In this document: one piece after another, positions 41,827 to 49,787 of the stretch
How positions within the stretch are numbered: position 1 is the stretch's first letter
How the letters are laid out: each line of letters begins with the position of its first letter
Source: an uncultured Rivularia sp.
GTDB lineage: Bacteria > Cyanobacteriota > Cyanobacteriia > Cyanobacteriales > Nostocaceae
NCBI GenBank assembly: GCA_963665115.1
Contig: OY762007.1
Coordinates: 5,024,001 to 5,088,000 of the forward strand
Reading direction: 5' to 3'
Length of the DNA: 64,000 bases
Translations under genes and position numbers: made by a program
The notes under the pieces: model-generated
Databases searched by the model: none
What the model saw: only the letters and a program-made list of their open reading frames with translations
Told to the model about the DNA's origin: nothing

Positions 41827-44298
41827 ATGAAAATTCTGCTTATAAATGATGATGAGCAATTCACTAACCAGTTAAAAGCGAATTTAAAACAACATCGATA
41901 CGTTGTTGATACGGCGCTAGATGGCCAAGAAGGTTGGGAATTTGTTGAGGCACAAGAATACGATTTGATTGTATTGGATGTAATGTTGCCGAAGCTGGAT
42001 GGGATTACTTTTTGCAGTCGTTTGCGTGCGAAAGGTTTGCAGGTTCTAGTGATGTTTTTAACTTCAAGATCTGCCAGTGAAGATAAAATTAAAGGCTTGG
42101 ATGCTGGTGCTGATGACTATGTAGTTGAGACAGTACCTTTACCGGAATTGACTGCTAGAATTCGAGCTTTATTGCGACGAAAAGCTACAACTGTATCGAC
42201 CATTTTGGAGTGGGGAAACCTTTCTTTAGAAGCGAAAACTGGAGAGGTGAGATACGGTGATATTCTTTTAAATCTGACTAAGAAAGAATATTCTCTGTTA
42301 GAGTTATTCATGCAAGATCCGCAGAAGATATACAGCCAAAACAGTATTTTAAATCAATTATGGACTTTTGAAGACGAACCCCCAACTCGTGATGCGATCC
42401 GAACGCTAGTTAAAAGATTACGACAGAAATTAAAAGCTGCTAAAGCGCCCGATTTAGTTGAAACGGTTTTTGGGTTGGGCTATCGTTTAAATCCTGAATT
42501 TGAAAAAGCATCTTCAACAGATAGTAATTCTAAGTTGAGTAAGAAACTGGTATCTGCTGTTTCTTCGGTTTCCAATAATAACTCTGGCGCTACAAGTGAA
42601 ACAGTAGTTACTCAAAACAAGCAAAGTTCAATTGAATCCCATAAACTACAACCTCGCCTGCTGATTGTAGATGAAGATAAAGAATTTATCGACCCTTTAG
42701 TAGAACTTGCAACAATACGGGGATTCCAAACGGCGATCGCACCCAACCCAAAACTCGCTAGAGAATCGTTACAAAGGGTTCGTCCAGATATTATTTTGCT
42801 GGATATATCTATTGATAAGAAGAATGATGAATTTATTTTTCTGGAGGAAATATCAAAGCAGGAAGCATCTATTCCCGTACTTGTGTTTACTTCTCAAGAA
42901 TTATCAACGGATAGAGTTGCACTTGCTCGTCGTAAAAGTCAAGGATTTTTTCATAAACCTCTAACCTCAAATCGAGTTCTTGAAGTAATTACTCAAACCT
43001 TAAAACCTGGGAAGAAAACCGAACCTAAAGTAATGGTGGTTGATGACGATCGCATGACTCTACGTCTGGTGCGAACATTACTTGAACCTTGGGGAATCAA
43101 AGTTAATGTCCTTAACGATTCGCTGAAATTTTGGGATGAACTTCAATCTGTGAAACCAGATTTACTCATATTAGATGTACAAATGCCGAATGTTGATGGT
43201 ATTGAACTATGTCAACTACTGCGTAACGATTCCCGCTGGGCTTGGCTACCAATCGTATTTCTCACCGGGCAGCGAGATACTGAAACCATTCAACAGGTAT
43301 TTTCCGCAGGTGCTGATGATTTTATTAATAAACCAGTTATTGCTCCCGAATTAATCACCCGTATTTTCAACCGTTTGGAACGTACTAGTTTGTTACGAAA
43401 GCAAGCAGAAATCAATCCCTTGACTGGTTTACCAAATCGTCAGCGTGCTACCCAAGATTTAGAAAGATTATTACATTTAGCAAACCAATATCAACAGTGT
43501 TTTTGTTTAGCAATAATCAAAATAGATGATTTATACAAAATTAACCATAACTACGGACATGGGTTTGGCGATAAAATGTTACGCCGTTTAGCTTCTTTAT
43601 TACAAAAAGAATTACGAACTGAAGATATTGTGTCTTCTTGGAATGGTGGAGAGTTTTTAGTCGGGATGTACGGTATCTCTCGTGGTTATGGAGTCGAATG
43701 GTTAGCAGAAGTATTGGAAGCACTGCGATCGACAAAATTTGAAGTAGCCGAAAAACCCGTTCGCATTACTTTCAGTGCCGGGGTTACTCAATACCCCGAA
43801 GATGGAAGCGATGTAAAAACACTTTACCAAAGCGCTGCTTCAACAATAGAACTAGCAAAAGATAGGGGCGGAAATTGCATTGTACATTCTAATTGGAAAC
43901 GCCTTCCATCCGATAGATTACCCCTCCATAAAGATGTAATTTTTCTACACCAAGATTCAGCCTTCGCAAAGTCAATTATGGAAGCTTTATTAACTAGAAG
44001 TTATCACGTTCACTGGCTCAAAGATGGAAATGCAGCATTAGAAGCATTGGCAAAAAAAAGCCCTTCCTTACATAGTGAAGTAATTTTGCTTGAAGAAAAT
44101 TTACCCGGTTTAAATGGGTTAGAAATTCTGAAACACTTTAAAAAAGATAAAATTATTCAACGCTCTAAAATTGTGTGGTTATCTACAGATACAAGTGAGA
44201 TTGAAAAAGCCTTGCAGTGGGGATGTTTTGATTATATTAATGTTCCTTGTAATATTTCAGCATTTATGTATCGTCTGCGTCATTTTGTAGAAGGATGA
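41827..44298 (+). CDS. multi-domain response regulator: REC-wHTH-REC-REC-degenerate GGDEF-REC
   Basis: LDVMLP, LTKKEY..LL...RLRQKL..ETVFGLGYRL, LLDIS, LDVQMP, PLTGLPNR, N.NYGHGFGD, NGGEF. Confidence 0.88.
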   Translation: MKILLINDDEQFTNQLKANLKQHRYVVDTALDGQEGWEFVEAQEYDLIVLDVMLPKLDGITFCSRLRAKGLQVLVMFLTSRSASEDKIKGLDAGADDYVVETVPLPELTARIRALLRRKATTVSTILEWGNLSLEAKTGEVRYGDILLNLTKKEYSLLELFMQDPQKIYSQNSILNQLWTFEDEPPTRDAIRTLVKRLRQKLKAAKAPDLVETVFGLGYRLNPEFEKASSTDSNSKLSKKLVSAVSSVSNNNSGATSETVVTQNKQSSIESHKLQPRLLIVDEDKEFIDPLVELATIRGFQTAIAPNPKLARESLQRVRPDIILLDISIDKKNDEFIFLEEISKQEASIPVLVFTSQELSTDRVALARRKSQGFFHKPLTSNRVLEVITQTLKPGKKTEPKVMVVDDDRMTLRLVRTLLEPWGIKVNVLNDSLKFWDELQSVKPDLLILDVQMPNVDGIELCQLLRNDSRWAWLPIVFLTGQRDTETIQQVFSAGADDFINKPVIAPELITRIFNRLERTSLLRKQAEINPLTGLPNRQRATQDLERLLHLANQYQQCFCLAIIKIDDLYKINHNYGHGFGDKMLRRLASLLQKELRTEDIVSSWNGGEFLVGMYGISRGYGVEWLAEVLEALRSTKFEVAEKPVRITFSAGVTQYPEDGSDVKTLYQSAASTIELAKDRGGNCIVHSNWKRLPSDRLPLHKDVIFLHQDSAFAKSIMEALLTRSYHVHWLKDGNAALEALAKKSPSLHSEVILLEENLPGLNGLEILKHFKKDKIIQRSKIVWLSTDTSEIEKALQWGCFDYINVPCNISAFMYRLRHFVEG

Positions 44299-44345
44299 GA
44301 CGATTTTGGATTTTGGATTTGATAATATTTTTTAATCACAACTGT

Positions 44346-44371
44346 GTAGAGACGTAGCAATGCTACGTCTC
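44346..44371. repeat. REP palindrome GTAGAGACGTAGCAATGCTACGTCTC
   Basis: Identical core to the copy at 7124-7152. Confidence 0.8.
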
Positions 44372-44452
44372 CAGATTTTGCGTACTTACAGACATCTCCA
44401 ACAATCAATACTGTATTGAATACATTTATAAAGACGTTGCACTGCAATGTCT

Positions 44453-45676
44453 CTAGATTGCAAACTGTGGTTCCGATGCTTTATGAGATGAAGCTTGCTG
44501 CTGTAAATCAGGTGTTTCCATCTCTACTGTCTCTAAATATTTACTTATCGTAGCTAAAAGTTTTTCAGCTACTATTGGTTTACTCATAAAGTCAGTAGAG
44601 CCAGCAACCTTAGCGCGAAATTTATCAAAAAGTCCATCGCTACCAGTTAATATAATTACCGGAATATTCGCAAGTTTATTAACCCGTCTGATTTGGGCGC
44701 AAACTTCGTATCCGTTGACAACTGGCATCATTAAATCTAACAAGATCAAATCTGGTTTCTTCTCTATTAATATTGGTATAGCTTGAATAGCATCTTGAAT
44801 TTGAACAAACTTCATCTTATTTGAGGTAATAATGCTCTTCAGAGTTTGACATATTTGAGGACTGTCATCAATACAGGCAATCAGCGGGGCTTTTAATTTT
44901 TCTTGCGAAAGAGATGCAGTCTTATTTTTAAGTTCTTTGACTGATAAAGGTAAGTCGGACAATTCCGACATTTTAATAAATCCTCTAAGGATGAAAGGCA
45001 ATAAATCGGAGGATATTTTAAGAATATTGAAATTTAGTTTTATAGCTAAATCTTGTAGACTATATTCGCCGTCAATAAACTTAACAAAGTTTTTGTAGAC
45101 ATCAGGAGTTACAAGCTGTTGAACTTGTTTTGGTTGCAGTAAGACAGGTGAGAAATGAGGAGTAATATTTGCTAATCCGGCTCCGGACCACTCACGCCAT
45201 TCTCCTTCCATACGCTTGAGGAAGAAATCTGTATTCATGAAAGTCAGAGATATATCTAAGATAGCTTTAGGATTGTGACTACAGCATACATTTTCAAAAT
45301 TTGCCTGCTGTGCAATATCAAACAATACTTCTGAGATGACATTTTTTGCTACAGCGTCAACCTGAGTTCTCTCTACTTTCTTTTGTTTGTATAGAGTAGT
45401 TAGTAATTGATAATCCCAAAGCTCATTTGCTAGTTGAATTGGCTCTAACTTTATTTCTTCAATTTTAATTTGAGGGCAATATTGACTGACTTTTCTGCGC
45501 CAACGTCGAAACGGATGAATTCCTCCTGTAGCCCAAATAATTCTTCCAAATCGAAAGTATAAACTCCATTTTGTTTTAGAAGAATTGATATCTAATTTTC
45601 CACTGTATTGGTTTGTTGTACAAGTTTTAAATTGCTCAATCAAGTCTTTATATGCGATGAAATCTGTATGCACCAT
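44453..45676 (-). CDS. PatA-family response regulator (PATAN/DUF4388 + REC)
   Basis: N-terminal SGKL...WSLYFRFGRIIWATGG.H..RRW.R; C-terminal IACIDDS, LDLMMP, ILTG, KP. Confidence 0.88.
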   Translation of the reverse strand: MVHTDFIAYKDLIEQFKTCTTNQYSGKLDINSSKTKWSLYFRFGRIIWATGGIHPFRRWRRKVSQYCPQIKIEEIKLEPIQLANELWDYQLLTTLYKQKKVERTQVDAVAKNVISEVLFDIAQQANFENVCCSHNPKAILDISLTFMNTDFFLKRMEGEWREWSGAGLANITPHFSPVLLQPKQVQQLVTPDVYKNFVKFIDGEYSLQDLAIKLNFNILKISSDLLPFILRGFIKMSELSDLPLSVKELKNKTASLSQEKLKAPLIACIDDSPQICQTLKSIITSNKMKFVQIQDAIQAIPILIEKKPDLILLDLMMPVVNGYEVCAQIRRVNKLANIPVIILTGSDGLFDKFRAKVAGSTDFMSKPIVAEKLLATISKYLETVEMETPDLQQQASSHKASEPQFAI

Positions 45677-45834
45677 GATAATTTTCTTCTTAAAAAAATA
45701 AGGCGGATGGTAGATGTTAGAAGAAAAGATTTTATAAATTTAAAGAAGGTTGCAAATAAAGTAATCAAAGAAAAATTACGATCGGTATTTGCAGACACTG
45801 GTAGATATTACATTCATAACACTAACAAAAAAAA

Positions 45835-45852
45835 GTGACAATGCCGTGACAA
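45835..45852. promoter_or_regulatory. 11-bp-period direct repeat, OmpR/PhoB-type operator candidate
   Basis: GTGACAA-TGCC-GTGACAA in the divergent intergenic region. Confidence 0.4.
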
Positions 45853-46056
45853 GGGTTACGCAGATAAATTGACCCGAAGAGTGATTAAAAAAAATATTGT
45901 CCTTCCCTGATAGAAACTTCATATAAGTGGGAATAATAACTTTATGAGATAGAGAACTTCTGTTGCTTAAAGCTTTTAAGGCTGGAAGTTACAAAAAAAT
46001 AGAAGTTTGATAAATAACTTTTAATATCAATACATCTACCGTAGGAAATAGACCTA

Positions 46057-46728
46057 ATGACTCAAATGCTTAGAGAAGAAGTGCGGGAACGTCTTGGTAA
46101 TATCGACCAAATCCGCGACATAATTTTTGGGGCACAGATTAGAGAATATGAAACCAGATTTGGCAAATTAGAATCGGATATTTCGCTTTTACAGCAGGAG
46201 ATGCGCTCCCATGTCGAGCAGCTTAAGGTTAGCTTTGCAGCAGAGTTAAGAGCAGGATTTGACAGTTTAGACAAGAAGCTGAAATTATTTAACCTTAACA
46301 ATGAAGAAGAAACAGCCGATTTACGCCTCTCTGTAGATAGATTAAATAGAAAATTTTCCCATTCCGTACAATCATTAGATGAAGAACTAGATTCTCAAAC
46401 CAAATCAATACGAGAAGACCTTTCTCAAACAAAAGTCCAACTAGAAGAAGAAGTCTTAGCTTTAAAAGATTTAGTCTTAGAAGAAATTGAACAACGTTTC
46501 TCCAACTTGAGACAAAACAAAATTTCCAAAGACGATATGGCTGAGACATTATTTGCTTTGGGAATGAGACTTAAAGAAAAAGAATTCATCCCCATGCTCC
46601 GGCAAGCAGGAGATGAAAACAGCGAGAGTAATTCTGTGAAAATGCTCAGAAACGGAGAGCAAAAACTCTCAGAATTATTAGCTCACTCCAATGGTTCGAG
46701 TAACGGCTCTTCTGAAGTCACCTCTTAG
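46057..46728 (+). CDS. coiled-coil protein
   Basis: N-terminal IDQIRDIIFG followed by heptad-rich helix; AGGA RBS. Confidence 0.85.
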   Translation: MTQMLREEVRERLGNIDQIRDIIFGAQIREYETRFGKLESDISLLQQEMRSHVEQLKVSFAAELRAGFDSLDKKLKLFNLNNEEETADLRLSVDRLNRKFSHSVQSLDEELDSQTKSIREDLSQTKVQLEEEVLALKDLVLEEIEQRFSNLRQNKISKDDMAETLFALGMRLKEKEFIPMLRQAGDENSESNSVKMLRNGEQKLSELLAHSNGSSNGSSEVTS

Positions 46729-46852
46729 GGGCGAGATGGGGGATAGGGAGATGGGGAGGCAAAAAATTCTTTCTTCATCCGCTTCCTCCGCTCCCTCCGC
46801 TCTCTTCAACTCCCAACTCCTAACTGGTAACTGCTCACTGTTAACCGATCAA

Positions 46853-49102
46853 ATGTCTGAATCTGCTGAGTTAAATCGGGAAGAAACCGCACAGCTTGAT
46901 AATTTTCTCAATTTGCTTGTTGATTTATCAATTGTTGAACCATCCGAGCAAGTTTCTGAAACATCATTTAAGCACCAACAACCCGATGAGAATGGAAGTG
47001 ATACGAAAAATCGATTTCATAATCCCTTGAATTCGTCACGAATTCATCATGCATATCATCTATCACCGATCGATCTTGGTGATGATGAGGAATTTTTAGC
47101 GGAAGAAAAGAAATCGACTCAAGTTGAGAATCAATCTTCTAATACCATTTATTTAGAAGCAGAATTGGATTCTCCTCAAGCTCAATGCAAATTACCAAAT
47201 TACCGGGAGCCATTAGAGGAAATTACGGTAGAAACTACAACATTAGAACAAAATACAGATAACTCAGAAGAAACAATTTTTGCTCTCCAAAAGTTACAAG
47301 ATATTTTAGTCGGAGATGAATTAACAGAAATTCAGCAGAGTTTAAAAAATATAAACCATCAACTTTACGATTCTGATGAATTATTAAAGTTACTTTTACC
47401 GCACATTACTGAACTTTTAAAGCGCAAAATTTCCGAATCAAAAGACGAAGTTGTAGAAGCAATTACGCCAATTATTGATAATGCAATTCGTGACAGAGTT
47501 AAGCAAGACAAAGATAGTATGGGTGCGGCTTTGGCTGCTGCGGTTCCAGTGGCGATCGCCCAACAAATCAGTGTCAATTCTGAGGTAGTTGCCGAAGCAA
47601 TTGCACCTGCGATGGGAGAAGCAATTCAAAAACAAATTGAACTCGAACAAGATAAAATCGTTGATGCGCTTTACCCGGTAATTGGTAATACAATTTCCAA
47701 GTACATGGGGGAAACTATCCAAGCAATTAACGAACAAATTGAAGATACTTTGAGCGTTGAAGGGATAAAACGCAAAATTAGAGCTAAATTACAGGGAGTT
47801 TCAGAAGCAGAATTAATTGTTAAAGAGTCGATATCTTTCACTCCTCAAGCTATCTTTTTAATTCATAAGGCATCGGGTTTGGTTATTTGCGATATTCAAC
47901 CTTCAGATTCGGAAAGGCTTGAGTCGGATATGATAGCGGGAATGCTAACGGCAATTCGCAGTTTTGCTAACGATTGTATGACTCAATCAGGAAATTCCGA
48001 ACTTGATGAGATTGACTACGGTAATTTTAAGATAATTTTGGAAGTTGCTGGATACTGTTATTTGGCAATTATTGTTAAAGGAGAAGCGCCGAAAAAATTT
48101 ATTTCTCAGATGCGGGAAATTCTCAGCACAATCATCCAAACTTACGGTAAGTCTATAGAAAAATTTGAAGGTGATTTGGAGGCAATCCCTACCGAAATAA
48201 ATCAGCTTTTAGAAACTTTAATAGATTTTAAGCATCAGAAGGAAGAGAAGAAAAATAAAGTTTCACCTTTATTGATATTCAGCTTATCAATTGTGGGAGT
48301 AATTTTTATTCCTTGGGGTATTTGGCAATATCACAGCAGCAAAATTCGTGCGGCTGAAAATAAAACGGCGTTGGCTTTAGCATCTGCACCGGAGTTATCA
48401 GTTTATCGTCTTGATGTCAAAGTAGATGGAGATAAACTGAAACTTGAGGGAAGAGTGCCCAATGAATATTTGAAAACGAAAGCAAAACAAATAGCTGCTT
48501 CCACAGTTTCTAACTGGAAAATTGATAATCAAATTATTTCAGTTGAAGTACCAGCATCACCAGTATTAGCAGAAGCAGAAGTCAAACGAGTCACCGCAGT
48601 TTTAAATCAGATAGATGGTACGGCAATTTCAGCTGATTACAGCGATGGTAAAGTTGCGGTTTTCGGTAGTGTCAGCAGAATTGCAGATGCCCAAACAATT
48701 ACTCAAGCATTTGAGAAAATTCCTGGTGTGAAAACCGTATCAAGTGCAGTGGAAGTAAAACCTCTTTCTATCCCAGTCAGGTTTTATTTTGAACGTCAAT
48801 CATCAGATTTAGTACCTAAAGATTTAGAAAATAAACTAATACAGGTAAAAAGATTTCTAAATCGATATCCGATGAAAAATATCAGAATTATAGGTTATAG
48901 CTATTCCAAAAATGAGGCTTTCGCTACTGAAAAATTAGCGTTTCAACGTGCCAAATCCGTACAGCAAGCATTAATTAAGCAAGGAATTTCTCCATCTAGA
49001 ATGCAAATTATAGGTAAAACCAATTTACCACCGGGAATTGATGAAACTCAACCTTCATGGCTAATGCGCTGTGTTGTTTTAGAACCGATTGATGTCAATT
49101 AA
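46853..49102 (+). CDS. roadblock/longin-like + TM + BON + OmpA-C membrane protein
   Basis: AIFLIHKASGLVI...MIAGMLTAIRSFA; TM LLIFSLSIVGVIFIPWGIW; BON-like LKLEGRV...IDNQI and VFGSV...IPGVKTV; OmpA-like RAKSVQQALIKQGI; ORF upstream of 46853 is STRR-derived. Confidence 0.85.
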   Translation: MSESAELNREETAQLDNFLNLLVDLSIVEPSEQVSETSFKHQQPDENGSDTKNRFHNPLNSSRIHHAYHLSPIDLGDDEEFLAEEKKSTQVENQSSNTIYLEAELDSPQAQCKLPNYREPLEEITVETTTLEQNTDNSEETIFALQKLQDILVGDELTEIQQSLKNINHQLYDSDELLKLLLPHITELLKRKISESKDEVVEAITPIIDNAIRDRVKQDKDSMGAALAAAVPVAIAQQISVNSEVVAEAIAPAMGEAIQKQIELEQDKIVDALYPVIGNTISKYMGETIQAINEQIEDTLSVEGIKRKIRAKLQGVSEAELIVKESISFTPQAIFLIHKASGLVICDIQPSDSERLESDMIAGMLTAIRSFANDCMTQSGNSELDEIDYGNFKIILEVAGYCYLAIIVKGEAPKKFISQMREILSTIIQTYGKSIEKFEGDLEAIPTEINQLLETLIDFKHQKEEKKNKVSPLLIFSLSIVGVIFIPWGIWQYHSSKIRAAENKTALALASAPELSVYRLDVKVDGDKLKLEGRVPNEYLKTKAKQIAASTVSNWKIDNQIISVEVPASPVLAEAEVKRVTAVLNQIDGTAISADYSDGKVAVFGSVSRIADAQTITQAFEKIPGVKTVSSAVEVKPLSIPVRFYFERQSSDLVPKDLENKLIQVKRFLNRYPMKNIRIIGYSYSKNEAFATEKLAFQRAKSVQQALIKQGISPSRMQIIGKTNLPPGIDETQPSWLMRCVVLEPIDVN

Positions 49103-49261
49103 CAAAATTCACAGATTTGTGAGGAGAAAGTAAAATTTATAGTTACCATCTTTTTTCCCTATTCCCTTTATTTAGTATTTTTCTAGTTTTTAATTTAAAG
49201 GGTAAGAGCATTTAATAATTAGAAATAAGTTAATACATCTACCTAAAGTTTTATTTTTATT

Positions 49262-49783
49262 ATGTCTACAATCTCAAAGAAAATTTGTCTTATTGGTGAT
49301 TTTGGGGTAGGTAAAACTAGCTTGATTCGGAGGTTTGTTGATAGACAATTTAGCGATCGATATTTATCTACCGTAGGGGTGAAAATATCTCGTAAATCGA
49401 TGGAAGTACGCGATTCAAAGCAAAAAAATATTACCCTTCAGTTATTAATTTGGGATATAGAAGGAAGCACTAAATTCAAAGGAGTTTCTGCAAGTTACTT
49501 TCAAGGAGCCAAAGGAGCAATCATAGTTGGTGACGTGACGCGCCCGGAATCGCTTGAAAATATTTCAGCACATATTCAAGCTTTCTCAAAAGTTAATCCG
49601 CAAGGTAAAACTGTAATTGCTTTGAATAAATCAGATTTAATTGATGCAGAATACTTAGAAAAATATCGCCAACTTTATAGCTTCAATGACAATAATAATT
49701 TTGTTTCAACTTATGCAAGTTCGGCTAAAAATGGAACAAACGTTGATGAAATATTTCAATCTTTAGCACATTCAATGATTTAA
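49262..49783 (+). CDS. Ras-superfamily (Rab-like/Rup-type) small GTPase
   Basis: G1 GDFGVGKTS, G2 YLSTVGV, G3 WDIEG, G4 NKSD, G5 SSAK; 173 aa, single domain. Confidence 0.92.
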   Translation: MSTISKKICLIGDFGVGKTSLIRRFVDRQFSDRYLSTVGVKISRKSMEVRDSKQKNITLQLLIWDIEGSTKFKGVSASYFQGAKGAIIVGDVTRPESLENISAHIQAFSKVNPQGKTVIALNKSDLIDAEYLEKYRQLYSFNDNNNFVSTYASSAKNGTNVDEIFQSLAHSMI

Positions 49784-49787
49784 TAAA

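Noticed and set aside
46691..46852. N-terminal extension of the BON/OmpA ORF
   Set aside because: Overlaps the upstream gene and STRR-like repeats; ATG at 46853 is the more plausible start
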